Shown piece by piece: positions 19,401 to 29,681 of a DNA stretch of 64,000 bases. Position 1 is the stretch's first letter; every line of letters begins with the position of its first letter. The translations under genes and the position numbers were made by a program. Source of the stretch: Candidatus Latescibacterota bacterium (lineage in GTDB: Bacteria > Latescibacterota > UBA2968 > GCA-2709665); contig CAXXXF010000005.1 in NCBI GenBank assembly GCA_963667175.2, forward strand, positions 22,431-86,430, in the 5' to 3' direction. The notes below the pieces were generated by a model that saw nothing but the letters and a program-made list of their open reading frames with translations, did not search any database and was not told where the DNA came from.

Positions 19401-22400
19401 CTTCCCCGGCGTCACCGTGCCGGACGACCCGTCGGATGACAACTTCAAGGACGTGGACTTCGACCAGGAGGACCTTCGTTTCCGGTATCCGTCCGGTGTA
19501 AATGGCACTCAGAATAACAATCCGGAACGGGAGCAGAGGCCGGATTCCGAAGACCTGAACCAGAACGGCATCCTGGACACCCGGAACAACTACCTGCACT
19601 ATAGCGTCAATCTGGCATCCGATCGGGGCTGGAATCCGGCAACGGGCGTCTACGACGGGCCTTCGGTGCTCGTCGTGGGCAGCCAGTCGGATCCTTCAGA
19701 CCGCCCCTGGAGGCTGTTGCGCATCCCGTTGCGGGGCAGCAACGCACCGCGCAGCGTCGAAGGCAATCCGGACACCACTTTCGCCGGCGTATTCGATTTT
19801 GCACGAATCTGGATCGAACACGACGATACGACCTCGCTGGACATCTACACACTTGCAGCGGTGGGCAGCGACTGGCTCGAAGATGAATCCCCCGAACACC
19901 AGAGATCGGGCGACTTCAGAGTGGCCACCATCGGTACCGACAATCAGGTCTATGAACTGCCGCCCGGCCTCGAACGTGAAACCGACCCGCAAACCGGAAG
20001 GCAACTCCTGGAACGGTCGCTGGTTCTCCGTTTTGAAGACCTCTTTCCGGGCGAAAGCGTGTCGGCATCGCGAACCTTCACGGACGGTCAGAATTACACG
20101 CGATACGGTCTGATGACCATGTTCGTTCACGGAGGCAATCCAACGTCCACGACCTATGAAGACAATTTTCCGGTCGGACCCGATTCGACGACCGGCAGCT
20201 TCAGCCCGATCGAGCTCTTCGTGAGGTTTTCACCCATCGGCGAGGATACGCTCAATTTCTACGAGTTCAGAAAGCCCGTATATCGCGGCTGGTCACCGGA
20301 ACACAACACACTCAAGATCGAGCTCGATGTTCTTTCTCAGATCAAGGGCAAACTCACGGACCTGAAGGCCACAGGGCAGGCGTCCGACACCCTGCGTCTT
20401 TCCCTGCCTACGGAGGAAGTCCTTGCGGACTATGACAGGGAAGCCAGTCAGATACGCGCGGACCTGCACGGCGGCACGTATATCGTTCGAGGCAACCCGG
20501 CGCTTTCGAAAATCAAGTCGTTCGTGATCGGCGTCGCCAATAGCGGGGATTTTCCGCTGGAGGGTGAAAACGAGATCTGGCTGGACGAACTGCGTGTCGA
20601 TCGGATCCGAAAGAAGAATGCCGTGTCCATGCTGTTGAACGTACAGACCACGTTGGCCGATCTGGGCAACGTGAACCTCAATCTGGAACGAAGGAGCGGC
20701 GACTTCCAGGATCTTCAGGGCCGCTCCACCGGCAACACGACGACACAGGTCAGCATGAACGGTTCGTTCAATCTCAACAAGTTCCTGCCCGATCGATGGA
20801 ACACTGCCATTCCTGTACGCTTCAACTACCTCCGGAACGGGTCCGTTCCACGTATTCGACAGGGTTCCGACGTCGTGCTGACCGACCAGCAGAAGACCAG
20901 AGAGAGCGCGGTCCGCGCGTCGTCCCGATTCAACGTATCCGTGCGAAAACGTCGGGCAACCAGAGACCCTCGCTGGATCGCCCGGCTCTTATTCGACCGG
21001 ATCAATGCGTCTCTGAACTTTCTGACCAACAACGCAGTCAGCGGGGCGATCACACGTCGCCGGTCCAACAACGAACAGAACTTCAACGGCAACTTCAGCT
21101 ATGACGTCAACTGGCCCAATCAGAAGGGGGTGAAAATCCTGAACTGGGTCCCGCTTCTGGGCTCCCGGTTTGACGAGGTCCAGTTCTTCTACCTGCCCTC
21201 AATGCTCCGATACAACATGCGTTTTGATCGAAAGAACATCAACAGACGCTCCTTTTCCGCCGTTGAAGGCGACACGTCCGACGTCATTGCCGTGTTGAAC
21301 CAGACGTTCAATCTCAATGAGAGCTTCGTGATAAAACTGACGCCCTTCAGAAGCCTGACCGCCAACTACTCCCTTGCGGTAAACCGGGACCTCCGAAACG
21401 CTTTCGATATTTCCAGGCTGCAGTTCGGCCGCGAGACCACACGAAATCAGGAAGTGGGCTTCAACTTCACACCCCGGGTTTCCAAGTGGCTCAACGTCAA
21501 CACCGTCTATTCCTCCCGTTTTCGCGAGCGTCTTGAAACCGGCGGCCAGCGGACGTCCATCGGCAACGAACGCAGGGGTCTTAGCGTGAGCAACAACAGC
21601 AGCGTCGGCGGCAGGGTCAGCCTGAACCTGCCCGGGCTCTTTCGCCCCCTGGCGCGTCCGTCAAAAGGCCGGACAGGGTTTTCGGTCATCCGGCTTATCG
21701 GAAGGCTCGGCGGATCGCTGGAAGCCGTGCAGGCCAATGTCTCTCGAAAGCGCACGTTTAATCTCTTCGGCCTCAGGCGGCGACCTGAATTCAGATTTCA
21801 ACTCGGCCTGGCCGACACCACGACGTCGCCCCGTTACGGATCCGGGGGCGTTACACGCGTAAATACCAGAAACATCACCGACAATGCGACGCTCAAAGGC
21901 GGTGTCCGCCTGCCTGCCGGCTTTCGCGGCGATACCCACCTGACGTTTAATCATGCCAGGAGTTTCGGCAATGCCAATACGGAAGAACAAAAGCTGGAAT
22001 TCCCCAGTTTCTCCGCGCAGTGGCGGGGTCTCGGCGAACTTCCGGTCCTGAGGTGGTTATTCGTCAGTTCGAACCTGAACTTCAATTATAAGTCAAACCG
22101 TATCTTCCGCGGCGACGGCGGTCTCGATGACGATGTTTTGACCAGCGATACCCGGAGAACGGACTTCAGGCCTCTCATCAGATGGCAGGCCCGGTGGAAG
22201 AACAAGATGAGCACGAATTTCAGTATGAACCGGAGCCGGCAGAACGACCTCCGGTACCAGCGCAACGTGGCTGCCGACACCACCGTGGCACAACCGACGC
22301 TGGAAGAGCGACTGATCGGAACGACGATCACCGAGACCTCCCAGTTCACGGCATCCCTCAGATATTCGCTGAGTTCCAAGTTCTTCAGTAAACTGCAAAG

Positions 22401-22665
22401 CAACCTGGACCTGACTCTCGAGTACGGCGCCAACACCAGCCTTAAGAGGGAAGTCCCACGGAACGCGGAAGCCACCGAGACCGAACAGGCCGTTGTGCGC
22501 CAGAGCGAAGACCGCTGGCACGCCAGCCTTGCGGGTCAATATCAGTTCAGCAGCAAATTTACGGGCGGCACCCGCTTCCGGCACGAGAACCGGAAGGACA
22601 AGCTCCGCGACCTGAACAACAGGGTCTGGGAATTCAAGATTTGGGGAGAAATCCGATTCAATTGA
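16441..22665 (+). CDS. sprA: SprA-like cell surface protein (type IX secretion translocon-like giant beta-barrel)
   Basis: 2074 aa. YDGDEDDIIQEIEAG, GLFGLKG, AYIDDFEG, HIDLGEISE, EDLNQNGILD and EIWLDELR are SprA signature stretches. The C-terminus is beta-rich and ends in IRFN. Confidence 0.88.
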   Translation: MQIPNIFKDSQRGTYLPSRAVLAWAFCTCLLADSEPLRAEPGIRLSFGKTPAHVFHRSPGKLTYSRSTAFQPLFRQRRKFTQTVTRLLSTGTGTLMVYRASGDVVHGIPAVITLKGLSAYKFDADFGRVAAEKLSLPVRARRGAGGALVDIKIPVKVPRALSVITGEGDTNIKITGSRRIDLSGVNTTVGGQAQTVRARAAEGFTVNFEQESQLNVQGTIGDRITLNLQQDSRGQSDISESLQFRYDGDEDDIIQEIEAGRTSLSLPGTRLVGFSSSNRSGLFGLKGRGRLGGLDVTVVTSHDRGASNRKSFQGQAEEVAHRIRDYEYEENRYFFLDLVYRQSFPDEPALQDLVDIGSVRVFINDFNDRNDIEQRAGRGIAYAFWSTGPAPAPDAGANGAQSGGVEEGFFHELERSEFLVDARGYLIMTRQRVLRGHTLAVAYRTSDGRVFGDLNFIQDPSNPDAKISLKLIHARQQRPEFPTWDLAWRNVYFLGDRDIEPEGFELEILRDVAGQEAIDNQRGTPFLQIFGLDKHTNGASESSPPDNLIDIDGGTNLPGLNLLTGHLVFPDLEPFGERGAGAEALSDDARVPEIYNTTNNTTRAQKGQYFLRIRSKFRSTKFNLGFGLIEDSEEVLLNNRRLTRGRDYLIEYERGQVELVGEAADLAADPSANLVINYGSKGLSGLGGGQKSLVGIRAEHPFRDNVSMVGMSLLYGSESARTQRVRVGEEPARTLIWDLNGRFRFKPQILTDFVNRLPFISTQAPSAFNVDMEIAQSLPNPNVKNVAYIDDFEGAETRKTFSTFKYVWSAGSNPTRNGLPLSEPKGRLTWYNLVDRDRFSIYEIQPGRDDIPVESSIVDDVLSIRFEPHRTNGFPETSRNPAGGLPQNSWAGISTYLFGMDFSRSKFIELWIRGNSGRLHIDLGEISERADLLLDHATFHPPPPGQFRTEDQPLPGFPTGDDVAIPEEDIGLDGLTDAQEDSVFRLIFPGVTVPDDPSDDNFKDVDFDQEDLRFRYPSGVNGTQNNNPEREQRPDSEDLNQNGILDTRNNYLHYSVNLASDRGWNPATGVYDGPSVLVVGSQSDPSDRPWRLLRIPLRGSNAPRSVEGNPDTTFAGVFDFARIWIEHDDTTSLDIYTLAAVGSDWLEDESPEHQRSGDFRVATIGTDNQVYELPPGLERETDPQTGRQLLERSLVLRFEDLFPGESVSASRTFTDGQNYTRYGLMTMFVHGGNPTSTTYEDNFPVGPDSTTGSFSPIELFVRFSPIGEDTLNFYEFRKPVYRGWSPEHNTLKIELDVLSQIKGKLTDLKATGQASDTLRLSLPTEEVLADYDREASQIRADLHGGTYIVRGNPALSKIKSFVIGVANSGDFPLEGENEIWLDELRVDRIRKKNAVSMLLNVQTTLADLGNVNLNLERRSGDFQDLQGRSTGNTTTQVSMNGSFNLNKFLPDRWNTAIPVRFNYLRNGSVPRIRQGSDVVLTDQQKTRESAVRASSRFNVSVRKRRATRDPRWIARLLFDRINASLNFLTNNAVSGAITRRRSNNEQNFNGNFSYDVNWPNQKGVKILNWVPLLGSRFDEVQFFYLPSMLRYNMRFDRKNINRRSFSAVEGDTSDVIAVLNQTFNLNESFVIKLTPFRSLTANYSLAVNRDLRNAFDISRLQFGRETTRNQEVGFNFTPRVSKWLNVNTVYSSRFRERLETGGQRTSIGNERRGLSVSNNSSVGGRVSLNLPGLFRPLARPSKGRTGFSVIRLIGRLGGSLEAVQANVSRKRTFNLFGLRRRPEFRFQLGLADTTTSPRYGSGGVTRVNTRNITDNATLKGGVRLPAGFRGDTHLTFNHARSFGNANTEEQKLEFPSFSAQWRGLGELPVLRWLFVSSNLNFNYKSNRIFRGDGGLDDDVLTSDTRRTDFRPLIRWQARWKNKMSTNFSMNRSRQNDLRYQRNVAADTTVAQPTLEERLIGTTITETSQFTASLRYSLSSKFFSKLQSNLDLTLEYGANTSLKREVPRNAEATETEQAVVRQSEDRWHASLAGQYQFSSKFTGGTRFRHENRKDKLRDLNNRVWEFKIWGEIRFN

Positions 22666-22721
22666 AGTCATCCGCCATCAGTTCAGTTCAGTTTCATCCC
22701 AAGATGGATACCGGAGTCCGT

Positions 22722-23108
22722 ATGTTTTCCTTCAATCGGAAAGAACGGGTTGTGTTGCTGGGCCTGGCGGCCGCGTTGCTGATCGGCGGGGCAGTCAATC
22801 TGGTAGAGCGCTACGGAGACCGCGATCTCCCGGACTTTCACGTTCAAAAGGGCGCCGTGCCCGTTCCCGAAAGCCTGCACGAGGCCGAGAACGTAAAGCA
22901 GGACACCGGCCCGATCGATCTGAATCGGGCTTCCGCCGGACAACTGACCCGGCTGCGGGGAATCGGTCCCAAAACCGCGCGCCGAATCGTGGACGACCGC
23001 AATCAGCGCGGGCCGTTCAAAACCGTGGACGATCTGACGCGGGTTAAGGGGATCGGCAGAAAAACCGTGGAGAGACTGGGTCCGAAGATTACGGTGAGCA
23101 CCCCTTGA
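22722..23108 (+). CDS. comEA: ComEA-family helix-hairpin-helix DNA-binding protein
   Basis: N-terminal TM helix; IDLNRAS...LRGIGPKTARRIV...GPFKTVDDLTRVKGIG. Confidence 0.9.
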   Translation: MFSFNRKERVVLLGLAAALLIGGAVNLVERYGDRDLPDFHVQKGAVPVPESLHEAENVKQDTGPIDLNRASAGQLTRLRGIGPKTARRIVDDRNQRGPFKTVDDLTRVKGIGRKTVERLGPKITVSTP

Positions 23109-24061
23109 ACCGGGCAACAGGGATTCAGATTTCGGGGAATTTGCTTCGGATGGCGAGTCTGGAGCGGACGCACGCGGGATACCGCCTCTGCGCCCTCTTC
23201 GAGTCGAGGCTGACGTCGCCCCTGCTTCCGCGGTGGCCTGTTCCCGCCCGGACCCGGCAATGCATTGTTGAAAGTCTGCAGCGAGGATTCGATGAGGTCA
23301 AGGACGCGCCGGGATTGGTTGTAATTTCTCCGGGAGGCGGTTTCTTCCATCTGCAGAAAACACCGCTGGAACAGGCTTCTGCCAGCGACAGGCTGGAACA
23401 CGTCACCTGGGAGGCGGCGCAGACTCTGGTCGACCCCATTGACCGGTACGTCGTGGATTACGTCGCCTCCGGACGAACAGCGTTCTGGTTTGCCGTCCGC
23501 AAGGAGGTCTTCGAATTCTGGTCTGAATTACTGATGTCCCTGGGTGTCGGGCAGTTTCGGCTGGAAGCCGAGCCAATGGGCCTGTTTCACGCCTGTCTTC
23601 TAATGAAAAACGAGACCGGGTCCCGGATCGCAGGGTTTATGGTTGTACATCCCTGGATCTATTTTGTGGCGGCGGAGTCTGATTCCCTGATTGCAGCCGA
23701 GGCTTCCTGCCTGGATCGCCCCGACACGGACAACGAGCTGGCAGGGGCACACGCACGCGCTAAGACCTACGGGCAAAAATCCGGCGCCACGATACGTCGT
23801 TGGCTCGGTGGAGGCCCCCATGCCCACAGACGCCGGTCCGGCTATCGCCGGGTTTTGTTGTGTGGCGAGGAGAAACAGATCGCGACCCTTCCGGATCATC
23901 TTGAGGCGGCGCAGGTACCAAAACTCGAAACCCTCGCGCCTTTTTCGATGTGCGCGACAGAGACGCTCCCAGATCCACAGCGGCATTTTCTGACGAGCCA
24001 ATCTGCATTCAGCATTGCAGGCGGATTGGCTCGCCTGGCACTCGAAACGGAGAAATCATGA
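23105..24061 (+). CDS. Divergent PilM-like (actin-fold) protein
   Basis: N-terminal GIQISGNLLRMASL and C-terminal VLLCG...IAGGLA patterns are typical of PilM/FtsA-like proteins. Translationally coupled to comEA and coaD. Confidence 0.5.
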   Translation: MNRATGIQISGNLLRMASLERTHAGYRLCALFESRLTSPLLPRWPVPARTRQCIVESLQRGFDEVKDAPGLVVISPGGGFFHLQKTPLEQASASDRLEHVTWEAAQTLVDPIDRYVVDYVASGRTAFWFAVRKEVFEFWSELLMSLGVGQFRLEAEPMGLFHACLLMKNETGSRIAGFMVVHPWIYFVAAESDSLIAAEASCLDRPDTDNELAGAHARAKTYGQKSGATIRRWLGGGPHAHRRRSGYRRVLLCGEEKQIATLPDHLEAAQVPKLETLAPFSMCATETLPDPQRHFLTSQSAFSIAGGLARLALETEKS

Positions 24062-24534
24062 CCGCGGCGATCTATCCTGGCACCTTCGATCCGCTAACGT
24101 ACGGTCATCTGGATCTGATCGAACGAACGGCAAAAATCTGCAGCCGGCTGATCGTAGCCGTGGGACTGAATCCCGAGAAGCAACCGCTGTTTTCGCCCGA
24201 CGAACGTGTCAGCATGATACAGGAGGTCTCATCACATTTTCCCAACGTGGAAGTCACGAAATACAGCGGACTGCTCGTTGACTTCGCCAGGAAAAACGGC
24301 GTATTCACCGTTGTGCGCAGTCTTCGTACGACAACCGAATATGAGCTGGAAATCGCAATGGCGGTTGCCAACCGCCGGATGGAACCTCGATTGGAGGTCC
24401 TCTTTCTGATGCCCAGCTTGAACTATGCGTATCTGAATTCCACGCTTGTTCGTGAAATCGCGCGATTTGATGGCGACGTGACGGCATTTGTGCCGCCTGC
24501 GGTCGAAAACCGACTGAAGAGGAAGTTCTCGTGA
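24058..24534 (+). CDS. coaD: Phosphopantetheine adenylyltransferase
   Basis: AIYPGTFDPLTYGHLDLIER and NSTLVREIA motifs. Confidence 0.97.
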   Translation: MTAAIYPGTFDPLTYGHLDLIERTAKICSRLIVAVGLNPEKQPLFSPDERVSMIQEVSSHFPNVEVTKYSGLLVDFARKNGVFTVVRSLRTTTEYELEIAMAVANRRMEPRLEVLFLMPSLNYAYLNSTLVREIARFDGDVTAFVPPAVENRLKRKFS

Positions 24535-24611
24535 ACTGTCTATTCAGCACACGGCGGTTTGATGGAACGCACGTCGGCACGCGATATCCATCCCCGGAGA
24601 CGGAGGCGTAA

Positions 24612-25670
<1,059 letters not shown>

Positions 25671-25913
25671 TCATTCGCTGACGTTCCCCGCCGGGTCCCG
25701 CAGACGATCGCTTTCCCTGTAGAATCCTTCCTGCACGTTTCTTTCGAGGCCGGTACCACGTTCTGAAAGCCGCTTTCACCCCGCCGCGTGCTTTCCGCCG
25801 CGATAGCGTGTTTTTCTCATGGCACGTCTATTGCCTTCAGGTAGACCAGGTCCGTCACACACCCCGCCCCTGTGGCCACCGCTGGTTGCAACGTACCGGT
25901 TTTCCATGCCAAG

Positions 25914-27026
25914 ATGTCCAAAGATATCCTAGACTGGTTGACGCTTCATTCAGTGTCCGGACTGGGGCCCGTCGCGTTCTCCTCGTTGCTGCGTCAGTTT
26001 TGCAGCCCGCAGGAGATCTTGCGAGCTACCCGCGCACACTTGTGTTCCGTGCCAGGCATCGGCCCCGAACTCGCCGGGGCCATCCGCACGGAACGCGACC
26101 CGTCCTGGGCGGAAGAACAGCTTCGACGGGCCGAAGATACAGGGGTTCACCTTCTGACTCTGCAGAGCCCTGACTATCCGGGTTATCTTTGTCAAACCTA
26201 TGCGCCGCCGCCCATTCTCTATGTGCTTGGAGGCATCGACGCCTGTGCGCTTCCTTCCGTCGCGGTCGTCGGCTCCCGTTCATTCACAACCTATGGCCGG
26301 GACATTGCCTTTCAGATCTCCGGAGAACTGGTTCGCCACGGAATAACCGTGGTCAGCGGACTGGCAACCGGCATCGATACTCACGCGCACAGGGGAGCGC
26401 TTGCCGCCCATGGATACACCGTCGCCGTATTGGGCAGCGGGCTGGACAGGCCGTATCCACCGCAAAACAAGGATCTGCTGCAGGTCGTCAGTGAAAACGG
26501 CGCCGCAATTTCCGAATTCCCGATGGGCGCATCCGCAGAAGCCCACAACTTCCCCCGCCGAAACAGGATTATCAGCGGACTCAGCCTGGGGGTCGTGGTT
26601 ATCGAAGCGGGTGAACGCAGTGGCGCGCTGATTACCGCCCGGCTGGCCCTGGAACAGAATCGGGAGGTCTTCGCCGTTCCCGGCCCCGTTCATTCAGGCC
26701 GAAGCCGCGGCACAAACCAGCTCATCAGGCAGGGCGCGGTTCTCGTACAATCGGTCGATGACATTCTGGATGAACTCCGTCCGCACCTGACGCGACTCCA
26801 GCCGCGACACAGCCGCGAACCCCCTGCGGCGGTGCCCGAGAATCTCTCGAAATCCGAACATCTGGTCTTCAAGTGCCTTTCGGTCGACGCGCCCGCCCAC
26901 ATCGATGCCATTGCCGACCGGACGGGAATGCCGGCCTCAAACGCGCTGACGGTATTGCTCTCCCTGGAACTGGCCGGTTTTGCGGAGCAGCTCCCGGGCA
27001 AACGGTTTGTTCGGAAGACGGTTTGA
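25914..27026 (+). CDS. dprA: DNA-processing protein DprA
   Basis: VAVVGSR, VSGLATGID, NFPRRNRIISG, GALITA and REVFAVPG motifs; C-terminal winged helix. Confidence 0.97.
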   Translation: MSKDILDWLTLHSVSGLGPVAFSSLLRQFCSPQEILRATRAHLCSVPGIGPELAGAIRTERDPSWAEEQLRRAEDTGVHLLTLQSPDYPGYLCQTYAPPPILYVLGGIDACALPSVAVVGSRSFTTYGRDIAFQISGELVRHGITVVSGLATGIDTHAHRGALAAHGYTVAVLGSGLDRPYPPQNKDLLQVVSENGAAISEFPMGASAEAHNFPRRNRIISGLSLGVVVIEAGERSGALITARLALEQNREVFAVPGPVHSGRSRGTNQLIRQGAVLVQSVDDILDELRPHLTRLQPRHSREPPAAVPENLSKSEHLVFKCLSVDAPAHIDAIADRTGMPASNALTVLLSLELAGFAEQLPGKRFVRKTV

Positions 27027-27108
27027 TCCGGATCCACCGGCTGCGGAGACGAAAAAAACTCCCTCGAAAAGCAAGGGAGCGTACGATTTGGGCCATTACT
27101 GAGTTCGC

Positions 27109-27738
27109 TCAGAAACGACGCATCAGGCCCACGATCTTTCCTGCAATGCGGAAGTCATCCCGGCCCGGACGCACCTCAATGGCTTCGAACGCCTCGTTTT
27201 CCGGGATGAGCCGTACCCGCCCGGCTTCTGGGAAATACCGCTTCACGGTCGCCTCCTCCCCGATGACCGCCACGACAATTTCACCCGGATTCGCCGTATC
27301 CTGCTGACGCGCCACGACGTAGTCTCCATCCAGAATCCCGGCATCGCGCATGCTCTCACCATTGACCCGAAGGACGAAGACGTCTTCAGAGGGCAGAAAG
27401 GACCGATCCACGGCCACCGTCCCCTCGACGTTCTCGGTTGCCAGGATGGGCTCTCCGGCAGCCACGCGCCCAATAACCGGGACCTCTCGCGACGCGGATT
27501 CCCCTGGATTTTCCCGTTCGACGTAGTCCGTAAGTTCGATACCCCGGGACACCATGGGACGTCTGCTGATGTAGCCCTTTTTTTCGAGTGCGGCCAGCGT
27601 GGTTCTTACGCCGTTGGTGGAAGCGATGTTGAACGCATCCATGGTCTCGCGAATTGTTGGAGGAGCGCCGCCGTCTCGTATCGTCCGGGCGATAAATTCG
27701 TAAATGTCTCTCTGTCTGTCCGTTAGCTTCTGACGCAT
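27109..27738 (-). CDS. lexA: SOS repressor LexA
   Basis: LTDRQ...PPTIRE winged helix, VAAG cleavage site, GESM catalytic Ser, TVKR catalytic Lys; AGGAGA RBS. Confidence 0.97.
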   Translation of the reverse strand: MRQKLTDRQRDIYEFIARTIRDGGAPPTIRETMDAFNIASTNGVRTTLAALEKKGYISRRPMVSRGIELTDYVERENPGESASREVPVIGRVAAGEPILATENVEGTVAVDRSFLPSEDVFVLRVNGESMRDAGILDGDYVVARQQDTANPGEIVVAVIGEEATVKRYFPEAGRVRLIPENEAFEAIEVRPGRDDFRIAGKIVGLMRRF

Positions 27739-27837
27739 AACGCATCTCCTCGATAACCAACGCCATGCGGGACGGGTCGCCAGGACCCGGTTCCGCTCGA
27801 TCTGCAGGAGACCACCTGAGCGCGTACTGCTCATTTG

Positions 27838-27866
27838 AATATAGTGAACATTAGTTCATTCGTCAA
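27838..27866 (-). promoter_or_regulatory. lexA promoter with SOS box tGAAC-atta-GTTCa (27845-27858) in the spacer
   Basis: Minus strand TTGACG, 17-bp spacer, TATATT. The spacer holds a GAAC-N4-GTTC palindrome. Confidence 0.85.
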
Positions 27867-28023
27867 CCTCTGTTTTTGAGGCGCGGCATGGCGCCGCCAC
27901 CGCGGAACAGACTGACAGCTTGTTGAACGTAAACGGGCGCCAGAACTGAAATCCACGTGATCCTGACTCGAAGACTCAATACAAATCATTGCAAAACCTA
28001 TACTTAGTTAAATCACAAAGTTC

Positions 28024-28051
28024 TTGACAGGTGTGCCGGGGTACGTATATT
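28024..28051 (+). promoter_or_regulatory. Putative sigma70 promoter of the hypothetical/PqqD pair
   Basis: TTGACA, 16-bp spacer, TATATT. Confidence 0.6.
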
Positions 28052-28096
28052 TATTCATTCGATATCCCGGAATCTTTCGGCCGAGGGTGGCGTCCC

Positions 28097-29056
28097 TTGA
28101 AGGCTTTGCGTTATTCAGACTGGTCCCTGTTCGGATGGCACGGGCTGACAGTCGAGGTCCCGCTGGAGTGGAATCCCGGTAAGATTACGGGGGATTTCAA
28201 GGCGGGCAGCGTCCGCCTCGACGATCCGACGCTTGCCAGAATGGAGATTGAGTGGAAGGACGCCCGCGGCGACCAGAGGGTCGCGCCAATCGTGGATCGC
28301 TTTGTCGACGGACTCTTTCAGAGTGCCCGCAAGGAGAAGAAGAAACTCGACGTCGAACGCACTCCCGATGCGGGATGGCTGGACCTGCCCGATGCGGGCA
28401 CACCAGTCGTTTTCACCTGGCAGGCCGAATACCGAATCCATGCGCTGACCTTCTACAGCATGTTGTCGGATCGGCTTTTCCTGATTAAAATAAGGACAAA
28501 GCTGGACGAGGACGCCGGGCGCAATATCAGACGAATCTTAAACTCCGTTCGGGATACAGCACCCGACGGGGACCGGACGTGGGCGCTTTACGACCTCGTC
28601 TGCTCGTCGCCTCCGGAGTTCTCATTGGAGTCCTACGATCTCAAGTCCGGACACCTCCGCCTCTGTTTTCAGCAAGGCCAGAATATCCTTCAGTTCGACC
28701 GGCTCAGCCTTGCCGAAGTGCTCCTGAAGAAGCGAACCCTTCTCGATTGGTACCAGGAATTCTTCCGCAAGAATCTGCGCCAGGTCAATCTGGACGCGAG
28801 AGAAACCAACGTGGGAGACCATTTCGGCCTGAGCCTCCATGGAAGACCCAAGAGCCGATGGCGGGGCCTGCTGATGCCGCTGCCGTTCTGGAACGTGCGA
28901 CCGCGTCTGAACATGGAGGCCCGCGTCTGGACCTGCAGACAGGTCAACAAGATCTATGCGGTACACACCTATTACAAGAGGCGCAAGGATGTGCCGGACA
29001 TCGAGAATGCCCGGCGCGCCGTTATCTGCCACCGGGAGTCCGTTCCGCCGGGTTGA
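28097..29056 (+). CDS. Conserved hypothetical protein (two similar halves)
   Basis: Long ORF. TTG start follows a GAGGG RBS downstream of the promoter. No family recognised. Confidence 0.7.
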   Translation: MKALRYSDWSLFGWHGLTVEVPLEWNPGKITGDFKAGSVRLDDPTLARMEIEWKDARGDQRVAPIVDRFVDGLFQSARKEKKKLDVERTPDAGWLDLPDAGTPVVFTWQAEYRIHALTFYSMLSDRLFLIKIRTKLDEDAGRNIRRILNSVRDTAPDGDRTWALYDLVCSSPPEFSLESYDLKSGHLRLCFQQGQNILQFDRLSLAEVLLKKRTLLDWYQEFFRKNLRQVNLDARETNVGDHFGLSLHGRPKSRWRGLLMPLPFWNVRPRLNMEARVWTCRQVNKIYAVHTYYKRRKDVPDIENARRAVICHRESVPPG

Positions 29057-29104
29057 ACCGCCCGGCCCACGTCCCTTTGACATCTCAGGACCACCGGAAG
29101 ACGA

Positions 29105-29530
29105 ATGTCCCTGTTCTCATCAAAAAGACAGCCCAAGATCAGCCGGGAGGCGATGTTCAACTCCAAACCCACCCGAAACGACCGGCTGGAATGGAAGACG
29201 AACAAAGACGACGAAGTCACGATCACGTTAAAGCGTGCGGATACCACGAAGGTGAAGATCCTTTCCAAAATCTTCTGGGTGCCTGAGAAACGAACGCTGG
29301 TGCTGGATGAGATTGGCTCTCAGGTCTGGAAAATGTGCAACGGACGCACCTCGGTGGCTTCGATGATTAAGCAGTTGTGCGAAACCCACAAGCTCAACGC
29401 AAAGGAAGCCGAAATCTCTCTATTGACCTATCTCAGAACCCTCGGACGCAAGAATCTGCTTGGTTTTCTGGTCGAGAAAGGCGATCTGAAGAAGAGAAAG
29501 AGAAGCGCCAGCGGTAAAGCATGGGGATAG
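29105..29530 (+). CDS. PqqD-family (RiPP recognition element) protein
   Basis: LDEIGSQVWKMCNGRTSVASMIKQL...LLTYLRTLGRKNLL is the PqqD winged-helix signature. Confidence 0.85.
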   Translation: MSLFSSKRQPKISREAMFNSKPTRNDRLEWKTNKDDEVTITLKRADTTKVKILSKIFWVPEKRTLVLDEIGSQVWKMCNGRTSVASMIKQLCETHKLNAKEAEISLLTYLRTLGRKNLLGFLVEKGDLKKRKRSASGKAWG

Positions 29531-29549
29531 GCGCCGCATCCCTGGTTCA

Positions 29550-29590
29550 GAAAAGAGGCCCCGCGAGACAATACCGCGGGGCCTTCAGTT
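29550..29590. terminator. Likely bidirectional terminator between the PqqD gene and the nuo operon
   Basis: aggccccgcg / cgcggggcct stem, with a T-run on the minus strand (agaaaag on plus). Confidence 0.7.
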
Positions 29591-29681
29591 TGCCTGGTGT
29601 GTAAAGGCGTATGCCTGTGGGGACTCATGAGATGCGGCGCACAGCGGTATGGGCTCCGCGCCCGCCCGGGACGCCGCGCGC

